Below, piece after piece: positions 1 through 10,854 of a stretch of 64,000 bases of DNA. How positions within the stretch are numbered: position 1 is the first letter of the stretch; each line of letters starts with the position of its first letter. The DNA is from Candidatus Latescibacterota bacterium (GTDB taxonomy: Bacteria; Latescibacterota; CBDEFO01): assembly GCA_965237525.1 (NCBI GenBank), contig CBDEFO010000007.1:806786-870785 (forward strand), given 5' to 3'. The position numbers and the translations under genes were made by a program. The notes below the pieces were generated by a model that was not told the DNA's origin, did no database searches, and worked only from the letters and a program-made list of their open reading frames with translations.

Positions 1-265
1 GTTCCAGTCACTGCTTGTCAGCGCATCAACGGTGTCACCCGCATCCGCAATAAGAAGGACTGTATCGCCCGAATTTGCCAGACCGTTTCCTATCCTCCCA
101 TCGTCTGTAAAGACCTGTGCCGCGAACCCCGAAGGGGATCCCCCACCGAACAGGACTATCCGTTCGCCCGGAGCTATGGTCGTTCCCTCTGGAAATACGA
201 ACTTTCCTCCCCCAGACACATCGCCCAGAGTCCAATCTCCTATGTCAACTATAAAATCCCCTATA

Positions 266-288
266 TCCCCGATTGAATCTATCGGGGA
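266..288. repeat. 23-bp hairpin element TCCCCGATTGAATCTATCGGGGA with TATA direct repeats
   Basis: Stem TCCCCGAT/ATCGGGGA; TATA at 262-265 and 289-292; adds 27 bp in frame to the LTD. Confidence 0.8.
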
Positions 289-864
289 TATATTCAGAAT
301 CTCAATAAACTCATCCTCAAAGCGATCTCTCACACCGTCCCGATTTGCATCTCCTTCCAAGCTGTCAGAATGAGGATCAGCCAAGACCTCGTTTATGACT
401 ACAATATCGAAGATCGGGACAATTACAATGGCTCCGTCTACACCCACAGTCGGAATCTGATTAGCGTCCGCATCTCCCACGGTGATCTGTACAAGTCTGA
501 GATCAGACCTCCCCGATGGAGCATCGTTAGCTATGTTAAAGAACAGTATAAGGATAGCTCCATCTCCCGGAGCTATCCTTATACTTCTACTCAAGTCCGA
601 CCACAATATACGTACTCTATTTTCTTCTCGAAGTCCAGCCGTTACACCTGCACCTTCAGCCCTCCCCATCTCGATCACCTTTTTAGGTGTCAGGACTTGA
701 GGATCAAACTCTATCTCTATATCTACCACAGCCACTTCGCTGCGATTTGTGAGAAAGATATCCAAAGTTACCACTGTGTCCCCTGGAACAACCCGTGCCT
801 CGCCCACTCTCAGCGTATCCTCACTCTGAGCCCAGCAGTCGCTGGAATATAGGAACAAAACTAA

Positions 865-2317
865 AAGCCTTGTGAAATAGTTATGTCCCAGGCAGCGTCT
901 GAAGCGCCGATTATGGGTCAAAGAGTAGCATATCGTATCGTTTTGCTGTGGAATAAGCAAAATAGTCTTATCAGAGTTCTGGTCAGCAAGGAACAGGAGC
1001 TGTTTGAAGAACAGGATGCACTGTCTTTGACAGACAGGGCACACATAGACGCTTTCCCCCTTCTTATGAAAGATACAAGCCTCTTGAGATTCTGTACTGT
1101 TGCAACAAGATTCAACTGTTCATTCAGTGAGGCTAGTTCTCTGTAACGGGCTCGTCCCATACCGTGTTGTTGCCTGGCTTCAGCAAAGATATGTTCACTG
1201 CGTTTACGGAGTCTCCGGGAGAGTTTGTAGTCAGCTGTTAATGAGATAGACCGTGCATGATTTCTGGCTTTCGCCTCTCGCACTTTTCTATCCCGTTCGG
1301 CCTGAATATGTGCTGAATTTGTCTTGTTTTTCCATGTAGGAATCGGTTCAATCTTCTCATCGGCTCGCAGAGGAATATGGGGTATGATTCCCCGGTCAAG
1401 TACATCAGCGATAAAATTACCAGAACCGTAACCGGTATCGGCACTAAGTGTCTGAATGTCTTTGGGCATGGTGTATGTTTCAAGGTCATCTACCATCTTA
1501 AGGGCACTTTCGGGCTCTGCTGTCCCTGTCGCCTGCGTGCCCTGAGTCTCAAGGATTACTCTGCTTTTTGTGTCGATCAGATCATGGCCCATAAACGAGA
1601 GAAAAGCCCCTTTGCCCTTCGATTTGCTGTATAAGCGCGCGTCGGGGTCTGTAGTCGAACGGTGTGTTTGGTTCGTCCACTTTTCACCATGAAAGTCTTT
1701 ATCCTGAGGATGCCCGGACCTACCCTTTGTCTTATCACCTTCAAAACCGATTCCCTTGAGATAATCATCAAGAGAAACAGGGGGTTCTATCGGCTCAATA
1801 CTTTTCACTGAAGCATCAGCTTGTATCTGAGTGCCGTCGACACTAAGGTGTTTACCGCTCACAAGACCGACATCTATGCAACACTGGACTACCTGACGCA
1901 TTATCCGTTCAAACAACCCACTGGATGCCCACTTGTGATTGCGAAGCTTGTTGATCGTGCTCCTATCCGGAACCGCATCATCAAATGTCTGATGACAAAA
2001 CAACCGATATGCCGCATGCATCCCCACTTCCTGACAGAGCCGATTCTCACTCAAATTATACAGATAGCCAATAAGGATCATTCGAACAACTAATTCAGGA
2101 TCAATACCGGGTCTGCCATTGTCAGGGCAATAACAATCTGATACAACGTCTCGTACAAATGAAAAATCAACTGCCTCATCAATCTGACGAAGGATATGAT
2201 CCTCGGGAACTAAATCCTCCATCTGAAAATAGTGAAACATCGGATTTGTCTGTTCCTGCTTTTGTGGGGTCATTGTTTCCTCCATGTATAATACTATCAA
2301 TAACATAATATAATACA
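865..2317 (-). mobile_element. IS1182-family element, copy 1 (left inverted repeat deleted)
   Basis: Near-identical to 14409-15861; terminal IR AAGCCTTGTGAAA at 865; homology stops at 2317, 66 bp short of the left end seen in copy 2. Confidence 0.85.
918..2273 (-). CDS. IS1182-family DDE transposase
   Basis: VPEDHILRQID, GRPGIDP, VDGTQIQADAS, ADTGY, RKRSEHIFAE motifs; GGAGG RBS before ATG at 2273. Confidence 0.9.
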   Translation of the reverse strand: MTPQKQEQTNPMFHYFQMEDLVPEDHILRQIDEAVDFSFVRDVVSDCYCPDNGRPGIDPELVVRMILIGYLYNLSENRLCQEVGMHAAYRLFCHQTFDDAVPDRSTINKLRNHKWASSGLFERIMRQVVQCCIDVGLVSGKHLSVDGTQIQADASVKSIEPIEPPVSLDDYLKGIGFEGDKTKGRSGHPQDKDFHGEKWTNQTHRSTTDPDARLYSKSKGKGAFLSFMGHDLIDTKSRVILETQGTQATGTAEPESALKMVDDLETYTMPKDIQTLSADTGYGSGNFIADVLDRGIIPHIPLRADEKIEPIPTWKNKTNSAHIQAERDRKVREAKARNHARSISLTADYKLSRRLRKRSEHIFAEARQQHGMGRARYRELASLNEQLNLVATVQNLKRLVSFIRRGKASMCALSVKDSASCSSNSSCSLLTRTLIRLFCLFHSKTIRYATL

Positions 2318-2519
2318 GAGGGAGAACATTCTCCAAGGATTCAGCAGATTTCTTATCATTAAGTGTCTCTCCCAGGAAGGCGAGATTGCCTCGAGGTTTC
2401 ACCCGTCGCAATGACAGAAAATGTAAACGGGAACAGGGATAGAAGAAATTTAGCCCCCCACTCAAGAGACAGAATGGAGGGCTAAGATTTACACTTCTTT
2501 ATGATAACAGTGCTATGGA

Positions 2520-5500
2520 TTACTTTAACAGCAGCATCTTTCTCACCTTTACAAAGTGGCCCGCTTTTATCCTGTAGAAGTAGACGCCGCTTGAAACTCG
2601 ATTTCCGGACTCGTCTCTGCCATCCCAGGTTTCAGAATAGCGTCCGGTATCTCTGTGACCCTGAACCAGCGTCCTTATTTTCTGACCTATAACGCTGTGT
2701 ATCACTAACTTTACATCCCCCGCCGAAGGGAGCTCGAACTTTATCGTGGTCTCGGGGTTGAACGGATTCGGGAAGTTCTGGCTTAGAGAGTAAGAATCAG
2801 GTATCTGATTGACCTCAGAGGTGATGCCCTCAGCCAGAGCCGCCAAGCCTGCAGCATCTACTAATTTCAACTCCTCAATAGTGATACCCTTTAATTCGTC
2901 CGAATCGTTCAACAGACTGAACGGAATCTCAAGCATCGATCCTGATCCGGGTTCTATGCCACCGATAGTCGTGGAATACATCACTATTATAGCCTCGCCC
3001 TCCTTCACCTCGTTGTAGGCAAGGCCCATATTCCGGCTTCTGTCCGTAAGTATCACATCTGACAGCGACATAGACGATGGATCGTACTTGATCCTCATCT
3101 GAACCCCGTAGATCGGTGAGCTATTATCCAGAGATACTGGGAAGAGGGCTTGCCCATCTTCCAGAGATGCTCCAAGGAGGGATACCTCAGACGGCAGAAC
3201 TGCCAGTGGAGGAAGCGTCTTTAACGGAATTCCTATTATTTCCAATACGGCGCCTACAGCGTCGAATATATCGATCCCGCCACCTATTCTGAACTCCCCC
3301 GCCAAGAGTTCAAAGGCATTTGGAGCAGGAGGTATTCTGACTATTATGTTCACTATCCTGACCACATCTAAGCCTTCCAGACTGAAGCTGGCGTTTACGT
3401 CGCCCCTTTGAAATACACTCACAAGCGCAGAATCCACTAGTGCATTCTGCATGCCCTTGATATACGTCATTCCGGGTCCTACGCCTGTGGCCAAGCCCGT
3501 AGTGTCGACTGTCGCAACCGTGTCTTCAGCGCTCATCCACATCAGACCCGGAGCAGCCATCACCGCATCCCGACTCCCATCTGTGAAGGTCCTTTCTACC
3601 TGGAACTGCTTCTGCTCACCCACAAAGATAGAATCTTTCCCAATCTCGAACACATTTATATTGGCTAGCAAAGGAGCCGTGACGATCACCGTCGTCGTAT
3701 CTACAAGACCGAAGATGTCAGCCGTCACAAATGTTGTCCCCTCTTGGTTGGCTGTCACTTTTCCTGAGTCGTTAACGGCAGCTATGCTTTGATTGTCGCT
3801 CGACCAGGTCACCAGACCGGTGATATCGGTTGTATCAGCAAGGGAGATTCCTTTCGCACTGAGCTGAGCTGTCAATCCTGCTGCAATTTCTACCGAATTC
3901 GGTTGAGTTGCTATAGACGAAAGCTCAACTCTGGCCTCTCCAGGCGAGGCCTTTTGTATAGCGTTTGGGCTATCGTGATCAGCAAATGCACCTGTGCCCT
4001 CAGGAATCCTCACCAGTGATTTCCCTATGGGAGGAGATGGTGAGAACACAGAGTCAACCGTGTCGCCTCCTCCTGTCTTGAGCACGACTCCTTCTGGACC
4101 CCCTAGTCCGTTTCCGATAAGCCCATCAGGGTCTGAGAAGATCTGTCCTGCAAATCCTGTGGCCCCGGTCGTATCTCCGAACAGGACTATAAACTCACTC
4201 GGAGCTATGCTGGTACCACCAGGAAAGGCAAAAGCACTCGCCGCGCTGGTGTCGCTTAACGTCCATCCAGTTATGTCCACTGGATTCGTGCCGACGTTAT
4301 ATATCTCTATAAACTCATCTTCCACCTCGACAGTTGTACCGCTTCTATTGGCATCCAATGTCCCTGCTGGATTGAACAGAACCTCGTTGATCACAACCTG
4401 AAAGCTCGAAGAGCCGCTTAGAGGTATATTTAAAATAGGGTTCACAGTATCGTTGCTTGTAACGATCAGAGTGTCCAGGAAAGCACCGGCAGTGGTAGCA
4501 CTAAATTCTACAACGACATTTGTCGAGGAACCGGGCGGAAGCGTATCTGGCAGTGTGACCGACGATACGATGCTAAACGGCGGATCAATGCCTGAAAGCC
4601 CGCTAATATCGAGCGTATCTCCACCTACGCTCTTTAAAGTCACAGTATCCCTTTTAGAGCTTGCGACCTGCACAAGACCGAAATTCAGTGACGCAGGAGA
4701 GGCGTTAATTATAGGGATGTTTGGAGGAGACAATTGCAGGGTGGCTATATCAACGTTCAAATCCATGGTACCCGATGCAAGAGAAGCAGACGAAGCACTG
4801 TTGCCCTTGCCATCCTTGGCCTCAAGCACAACAGTTAGGAAGGTGCCCGACCCCGTGCCAAAATTCATCTTGACCAAACCGACTAATGGATTTGGATGCA
4901 CCCCTGCCACCAAATCCAAGGGGAGAGTGGCTCCTCCAGTTGGACCGGTGAGTCCGCATATAGGCAAAGACACAATAGAACTAAGAAGGTCTGTTACAGT
5001 TGCAGACACCAGAACTCCTACGGCATCTGTGCCATCCTCGTTAAGTACCTTCACAGTAGCGTTTTGTGGAAGTCCGGGAGTGCCCTCGGGCGGCGTATCG
5101 AATTCGCCAACGCTTGTAGCCCCTTCGGATATTATCTCAAACAAGTAGCCAGTGACATCAGGGATTAATCCGCTTAGGCCCACAAGGTGAGTGTTGAAAC
5201 CGATTCTGGACGCAGTGAATACAACGTTCAGAGAGATGGAAGGGTTAAGCACGCGCACACTATCTGTCAGAGTCGCCGGACGATCTGTTAGCCACGTGAT
5301 CGTCGCGCCAGTTGCTGTAAGATTGCAGACCTGAATGTCGCTGATTGAAGCAGGGGGTTGGGTTTCCCCTTTCAGCAAAACTGTAGTGTCAGGATGAACA
5401 GGATCGTTGCTCTGTACAGTCAACTCATCTAACCTTCCACCTGCGGCAGTGGGGGAAAACCTGATTGTTACCTTCAAACTGTCATCAGGAGGAACTAGCT

Positions 5501-8144
5501 TCGTCCCAGGTGAAGGTTCTACTATCCCGAAGTCGGGCGTCCCTGTAAAAAGACTGTCTACATTCAGAACTTCTTCGCCGACGTTGGAGATGAAGAATAT
5601 CCTCTGGTTGAACCGCAATCTCTTGACAGCTTCAAAATCCAATGTGTCCAACGGAGCAGGAAGGAGAGTTATAATCGGCCTTGGAGGACGGAGCCCGACA
5701 CCCACCAGAGCCACAGTAGTGTCGGGATTATCAGGATCGTTGCTTAAGATGTGAAGCGTGTCTTCTCTGAGCCCTGTAAACCAGGGCTTGAACTCAATCG
5801 TCACTCTCAGGCTATCGCCAGCCAGTATGGTATCTAAAGGAGCAGGCTCTATTGCAGGCTCTATTATTGTGAACTCACCTGTGTTGCCTACAAAAAGACT
5901 ATCAACGATCAAGTCTGTTCCGCGCTCGTTGATGATGTAGAGCGTCCTTTGAGAAGAACTGTCTATTCTAACGCTCCCAAAGCCCAAAAGGGTGTCCGAA
6001 AGAGCGAGAGAAGGCACCGACGGCTCGATAATCCTTATCTTTCCGTTCCTCACAGCAGGTATGATCCCCTCGTTCAACTCAGGGAGTCTGCCACCTCTTG
6101 TTCCACGAATAAACACGTCTGTTGAATCACCATCAGACCCGACAGCCGTGAACTTTATGAACACCAAAGGACCATCGCCGTTTATCGGATTCGCTGAAGC
6201 AAGGCCGATATTGATAACCCCATTTTCCACGTTGAACGCTAAACTTGGACTATCAGTGACTATTGTCCCGGCCAACGTCACGCTGTCAGCTCTTACAACA
6301 GCAGGATTGTAGGCAATACCCATCTCAGCCGAGAAGATGAAGCCCCCCGGATTGCCCTCTAATATCACAGGGACTAACTCCATCTCTCCTTCGTTTATCT
6401 CTATGTTATCAGGTATCACTAAAACTACGGGAGCTACTACCTTTACTAACCCGTCCACTGTCTCTACAGAGTCCTCGTTCAAAAGACCATTTTCTAGATC
6501 CAACACCGTAGAATCTCCCGGAGCACCCACAACCTCAAAATGCAGATCAACCAATACACCGTTGCCTAAAATCGGCGTAGGTCCTGCCAACGCCACATTC
6601 AGCGATCCGGGGGATATTTCATTTGCCACAATCCGCCATAGATTATCCACTACAGAACCTGTAGAGAACATGGAAGTATCTGCTCTCAGAACAACAGGAT
6701 CGTAGTGAACGCTAAACTGAGCCGAGATCACATCAGCTCCTGGGAACAAATTATCCACGAACACCGGAACCTTTGCCCACTCCCCGGGTGAAACTTCCAA
6801 AAATTCAGCCCTTAAAATCCCCGGCGGCACAACTGCTAAAAGTCCGTCAATTGCCTCTACAGGGGTCTCGTTCAAAAGACCATTCTCCAGATTCAACACC
6901 GTAGAATTGCCGACATTGCCTATGACCTTAGCGTGTACAACTGCCAGGACACCGCTTCCCAAAAGAGGGGGCTCTGCACCAGCCATAGCAACAGAGATCT
7001 TGCCAGGATTAGGCACATTGATAACGAACTGCCACGAGGTGTCGACGACGTCCCCCCTAAAGCTCACCGCAGGATCAGGCTCCATTACCGTTGGATCGTA
7101 GAAAAGATCGAACTCAGCGGATACAAAGCCATCTTCCCGAAAGATTCCGTCCACAAAGACAGGAATCTCCACCCACGACCCATTGACCGCCTTTAAAGTG
7201 TCTGCACGAATGGCAATTGGAGGAGCTACACCCTGTACAAGGAGTGATCCGTTATCCAGAATCCCTCCCAGCTCGGTCACAAAATTCTTCTCGTTGGCAA
7301 GAGCTCCTGGGTCGAATGCTATATCCGTAGAGTCCCCATCAGCTCCTACTACTCTAAATCCTACAAAAGCTAAAGTTGTGTTTCCAGCTAAAGGAGTGGA
7401 CCCCGCCAGCGCGACCTTTACAGTATCACTCTTGGTTATGTTGCCCACTATTTGCCATGTGGCATCAGGCAGAAACCCCGAAAGTACAGAGGCCGGCTTC
7501 AAGACGCTTCCCTTGAACACAAGCTCGAACTGAGCAGAAATAATGCTGTCAGAAGACGTAATGCCAGAAATATTTACAGGCACAACTATCAGATCGCCCG
7601 ACCTGGCTGATCTATCGGGTACACTTAAAGCCTTAACAGAAAGTGGCTCTCCTGACACCGTAAACGAACCGTCATCTGAGGACGAAAGCCCAGGGCTTTC
7701 GTCGAACACCGCTTTCTGAAAGGTTAAGGAGGAGGTCTGCCCTGGGGAACCTACAACGTTGAACGACACGACAGCCAGCGTCCCTGTGCCGCTGAAGGGC
7801 TCCTGGAAATCGGCTATGGCGAACCGGACTATGCCCGGATCGGAGATGTTTGAAAAAGGAGCAGTAGCTGTCAGGTCTCCCTTTTTTACCGCAGTAGCTT
7901 GAAGCACCGATGAATCGTATGTTATATCTATGCCCGCAGAAAAGACACCTGGCCCACCTGTCATCTCTGTCACTGTGACCGGAATGTCGATGCTTATACT
8001 CGGATCTGCTGATGTATCCGGTAAAGCCACACGAACTGATGTGCCATCGATGGCAAAAATATCAGAAGCGGGAAACACCAGGATACAGGCCGCTACAACC
8101 ACTGCTAATCGGAAGTTAAACAGAAACGTCGATTTCATAGTCAT
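2520..8144 (-). CDS. Scaffoldin-like secreted protein: five tandem cohesin-like domains, Ig/ASH-like repeats, LTD, two Big_2, dockerin-like, further cohesin-like domain, FlgD-Ig C-terminus
   Basis: Signal peptide after AAAGGAG RBS at 8144; repeated VPV..SAxFx(L/V)xYDP..G.G.L..(L/V).F.VVG..G.ST; LTD VVINEVLFNP; GDVN..DVVRIVNII; terminal QNFPNPFNPET..SSGVYFYRI. Confidence 0.75.
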   Translation of the reverse strand: MTMKSTFLFNFRLAVVVAACILVFPASDIFAIDGTSVRVALPDTSADPSISIDIPVTVTEMTGGPGVFSAGIDITYDSSVLQATAVKKGDLTATAPFSNISDPGIVRFAIADFQEPFSGTGTLAVVSFNVVGSPGQTSSLTFQKAVFDESPGLSSSDDGSFTVSGEPLSVKALSVPDRSARSGDLIVVPVNISGITSSDSIISAQFELVFKGSVLKPASVLSGFLPDATWQIVGNITKSDTVKVALAGSTPLAGNTTLAFVGFRVVGADGDSTDIAFDPGALANEKNFVTELGGILDNGSLLVQGVAPPIAIRADTLKAVNGSWVEIPVFVDGIFREDGFVSAEFDLFYDPTVMEPDPAVSFRGDVVDTSWQFVINVPNPGKISVAMAGAEPPLLGSGVLAVVHAKVIGNVGNSTVLNLENGLLNETPVEAIDGLLAVVPPGILRAEFLEVSPGEWAKVPVFVDNLFPGADVISAQFSVHYDPVVLRADTSMFSTGSVVDNLWRIVANEISPGSLNVALAGPTPILGNGVLVDLHFEVVGAPGDSTVLDLENGLLNEDSVETVDGLVKVVAPVVLVIPDNIEINEGEMELVPVILEGNPGGFIFSAEMGIAYNPAVVRADSVTLAGTIVTDSPSLAFNVENGVINIGLASANPINGDGPLVFIKFTAVGSDGDSTDVFIRGTRGGRLPELNEGIIPAVRNGKIRIIEPSVPSLALSDTLLGFGSVRIDSSSQRTLYIINERGTDLIVDSLFVGNTGEFTIIEPAIEPAPLDTILAGDSLRVTIEFKPWFTGLREDTLHILSNDPDNPDTTVALVGVGLRPPRPIITLLPAPLDTLDFEAVKRLRFNQRIFFISNVGEEVLNVDSLFTGTPDFGIVEPSPGTKLVPPDDSLKVTIRFSPTAAGGRLDELTVQSNDPVHPDTTVLLKGETQPPASISDIQVCNLTATGATITWLTDRPATLTDSVRVLNPSISLNVVFTASRIGFNTHLVGLSGLIPDVTGYLFEIISEGATSVGEFDTPPEGTPGLPQNATVKVLNEDGTDAVGVLVSATVTDLLSSIVSLPICGLTGPTGGATLPLDLVAGVHPNPLVGLVKMNFGTGSGTFLTVVLEAKDGKGNSASSASLASGTMDLNVDIATLQLSPPNIPIINASPASLNFGLVQVASSKRDTVTLKSVGGDTLDISGLSGIDPPFSIVSSVTLPDTLPPGSSTNVVVEFSATTAGAFLDTLIVTSNDTVNPILNIPLSGSSSFQVVINEVLFNPAGTLDANRSGTTVEVEDEFIEIYNVGTNPVDITGWTLSDTSAASAFAFPGGTSIAPSEFIVLFGDTTGATGFAGQIFSDPDGLIGNGLGGPEGVVLKTGGGDTVDSVFSPSPPIGKSLVRIPEGTGAFADHDSPNAIQKASPGEARVELSSIATQPNSVEIAAGLTAQLSAKGISLADTTDITGLVTWSSDNQSIAAVNDSGKVTANQEGTTFVTADIFGLVDTTTVIVTAPLLANINVFEIGKDSIFVGEQKQFQVERTFTDGSRDAVMAAPGLMWMSAEDTVATVDTTGLATGVGPGMTYIKGMQNALVDSALVSVFQRGDVNASFSLEGLDVVRIVNIIVRIPPAPNAFELLAGEFRIGGGIDIFDAVGAVLEIIGIPLKTLPPLAVLPSEVSLLGASLEDGQALFPVSLDNSSPIYGVQMRIKYDPSSMSLSDVILTDRSRNMGLAYNEVKEGEAIIVMYSTTIGGIEPGSGSMLEIPFSLLNDSDELKGITIEELKLVDAAGLAALAEGITSEVNQIPDSYSLSQNFPNPFNPETTIKFELPSAGDVKLVIHSVIGQKIRTLVQGHRDTGRYSETWDGRDESGNRVSSGVYFYRIKAGHFVKVRKMLLLK

Positions 8145-8513
8145 TCTGCACTCCTTTACAGGCAGACGCTGGCTCGCTCTACGGTTAACAAGCCACTCAA
8201 CACTCTTTGCCCCAGGGATCCGACATAAAGCCTGACCATCATCTGGAACCCAGCGTCTACTTTGCAGGAATTCAGAAACTGTATCGTATTGACCCCGCAA
8301 ATGTATAGCAAAATAGCACATTTGTCAAGCACAAATTCATAAAAACACAAAAAAATTTGACTATGCACCTTTTGTTGGAGCACCGCACCGGACGCCGGAA
8401 TGACAACAATTGACAGATTTATAGAAGATATACGTCTTAAATATATACTAAATGAATCTCTTAGTCTGTGACAATAATCACAATTTTGTGGAGAATTCAA
8501 AAAATTTTAGTCT

Positions 8514-9989
8514 TTAAATTTGGGATTTCTTAGAGTTTGTAATACGTTTTCTGTATTTAGCTGGGTTAATTCCCATCTGATCTCTGTATTTCGCTACGGT
8601 TCTTCGGGCGAGTTCTATCCCTTCCTTCCTAAGGAGGTCGGATATAACCTGATCGCTCAGCGGTGAAGAGGGGGTCTCCTCTTTAATCAATTCCCGTATC
8701 CTATCCTTAACCGCTTTTACGGACACATCCTCCCCCTTAGACGAGCTTACAGCCCCGTCGAAGAAGTAATCCAAAGGGAACACCCCATAAGGAGTCTGGA
8801 TATACTTTCCCTTTTTTACCCTGCTTATCGTCGAGATATGCATTCCTACAGCATCGGCTATCTCCTGGAGCACAAGGGGTTTTAGATGTGTCACTCCATG
8901 TTCTAAGAAGTTCCTCTGAACGTTAACTATAAGCTGTGTCACCTTCAGCATCGTCGATTTTCTCTGTTCTATAGCGTTGATCATCCACCTTGCGTCGTTC
9001 AGCTTCTTGAGCATGAACTCTTTGGTCTCTTGGTCCACCTCTCCGGAATTCTTTTTCAAAAGTAAACGATAGATCGAACTGATCCTCAAAGAAGGGATCG
9101 TCCCATCGTTCAAGGTCACCACGTAATTGTCATCTATCTTGTTGACTATAAGATCGGGATATACATAGTCTGCAGGGTCAGATTCGACGGCGTTCAGACC
9201 CGGCTTCGGGTTCAGTCCAGAGATGACCTCTGCAGCCTCTATAACTTCATCGTAAGCCACCTTCAATAACCCGGAGATCTCGCTGTACCGGACCTTTTGA
9301 AGGTCTTCCAGATGATCTTTCACAACCTTCATAGGTAGGCTGTCCTCCATTGCCCTTTCCCTTAGTTGGATCATAAGACATTCTCTTAGATCCCTTGCTC
9401 CTATTCCGGGAGGATCAAAAGTCTGCACTATCTGGAGCACTCTCTCAACATCTGGAGCCTGCACATCCAGAGCTTCTGCTATGTCTTCAACTGAACAGGT
9501 TAAGTAGCCTTCACTGTCAATGTTGCCTATAATGAACTCGCCTATTTTTCTATCCTCCTCAGAAGAGACAGCTAAATTCAACTGTGACGATAAAACTTCA
9601 ATCATTGAAGGCCGACTCCTGTCCCATAACGGATTTTCCCTTTCCTCCCCATCAGGCCCGTTCGGATCGTACTCGGAATGGTTGTACGACCCAACATCGT
9701 AGCCTTCATCTAAGAAACTATTCCAATCTGCTTCGTCAAAATCCGACACAAGTTCCTGCTCGGCAATATCGTTATTATCAGAAGATTTATCCTTTTCCTC
9801 CTCCGGGCCCTGCTCGGAATCCTCGTCCAGCTCCTGGACCTCTTCCAAAAGGGGATTCATCTCCAACTCTTGGGAGATCAGTTGCTCCAGTTCAAGCGTG
9901 GTTACCTGAAGCAGTTGAAGCGACTGAATCATCTGAGGGGTCAGTCGCTGTTCAATAGTTAATCCTACAGACTGTGTAAGTTTAGGCAT
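8514..9989 (-). CDS. rpoN: RNA polymerase sigma-54 factor
   Basis: Q/L-rich region I, HISTISR helix-turn-helix, RpoN box ARRTVAKYR. Confidence 0.97.
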   Translation of the reverse strand: MPKLTQSVGLTIEQRLTPQMIQSLQLLQVTTLELEQLISQELEMNPLLEEVQELDEDSEQGPEEEKDKSSDNNDIAEQELVSDFDEADWNSFLDEGYDVGSYNHSEYDPNGPDGEERENPLWDRSRPSMIEVLSSQLNLAVSSEEDRKIGEFIIGNIDSEGYLTCSVEDIAEALDVQAPDVERVLQIVQTFDPPGIGARDLRECLMIQLRERAMEDSLPMKVVKDHLEDLQKVRYSEISGLLKVAYDEVIEAAEVISGLNPKPGLNAVESDPADYVYPDLIVNKIDDNYVVTLNDGTIPSLRISSIYRLLLKKNSGEVDQETKEFMLKKLNDARWMINAIEQRKSTMLKVTQLIVNVQRNFLEHGVTHLKPLVLQEIADAVGMHISTISRVKKGKYIQTPYGVFPLDYFFDGAVSSSKGEDVSVKAVKDRIRELIKEETPSSPLSDQVISDLLRKEGIELARRTVAKYRDQMGINPAKYRKRITNSKKSQI

Positions 9990-10122
9990 ATTCTATAAGT
10001 TCAGTAAAAGGCAGCAATTATGATACAGGGTGCGTTAGCAATTATCGTACCAGTATTAAGATAATAAAAAGGTCTCGCTTACACAACCATTTTCTGATCG
10101 GTACTACACTCTAACGCATTTT

Positions 10123-10854
10123 TCAATGAAGTGTAAATCTCTCGCCCAGATATATCTTCTTTGCTTCAGCATCGTTTGCCAGAAACTCTGCCGTTCCTTC
10201 TATCAGTATTTCTCCTTCGCACATAATATAAGCGTAGTCCGTGATCTCCAAGGTTCCCCTTACATTGTGATCTGTTATCAAAACTCCCAATCCCTTGTCC
10301 TTCAGCCTCAACACGATATTCTGGATGTCTTCTACAGTGATGGGGTCCAGGCCTGCGAATGGCTCGTCCAGCAGCATAAACTTAGGTTCGATAGCAAGCG
10401 TTCTGGTTATCTCTACCCTTCTTCTTTCTCCCCCTGAGAGCGTACTGGCTCTGTTTCTGGCCAACTTGGAGATTCCGAGTTCATCCATAAGAAATGACGC
10501 CTTCTTTTTTCTTTCTCCTTTCGGTATGTCCATGGTCTCCAATATTGCCATGATATTCTGTTGGACGGTCAACTTCTGGAAGACTGATACCTCTTGAGGC
10601 AGATACCCTATACCTTTCTGAGCTCTTCTGTACATAGGAAGGGGCGTAATGTCCTCATCTTCTAAAATAATGCTCCCATAGTCTGGGCCGATCATCCCCA
10701 CGATCATATAGAAAGTCGTCGTCTTTCCTGCGCCGTTGGGGCCCAAAAGTCCTATTACCTGGCCCTTTTCCACCTTCAGGGATACACTGTCCACTACTTT
10801 TCGCTTCCCGTATATCTTAACTAGCCCCTCTGTCGCTAAGGACACAAACCTCAC
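10123..10854 (-). CDS. lptB: LPS export ABC transporter ATP-binding protein
   Basis: GPNGAGKTT, LSGGERRRVEI, LLDEPFAG, ITDHNV, terminal YLGERF; directly upstream of rpoN. Confidence 0.95.
   Translation of the reverse strand: MRFVSLATEGLVKIYGKRKVVDSVSLKVEKGQVIGLLGPNGAGKTTTFYMIVGMIGPDYGSIILEDEDITPLPMYRRAQKGIGYLPQEVSVFQKLTVQQNIMAILETMDIPKGERKKKASFLMDELGISKLARNRASTLSGGERRRVEITRTLAIEPKFMLLDEPFAGLDPITVEDIQNIVLRLKDKGLGVLITDHNVRGTLEITDYAYIMCEGEILIEGTAEFLANDAEAKKIYLGERFTLH

Larger units (their letters stand above)
1..2359 (-). pseudogene. Secreted cohesin-like + lamin-tail-domain protein, interrupted by IS1182 (3' end runs off window)
   Basis: Stop-free minus frame from 864 to 1 reads LVLFLYSSDCWAQSED.., a cohesin-like domain, then an LTD (VVINEVLADP..DEFIEILN). 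Likely N-terminus MIRNLLNPWRMFSL with GGGAG RBS lies at 2359-2318 beyond the IS. Confidence 0.7.

Noticed and set aside
2809..8235. Many plus-strand ORFs opposite the scaffoldin-like gene, and similar antisense ORFs elsewhere
   Set aside because: Shadow frames of real genes with no recognisable motifs.
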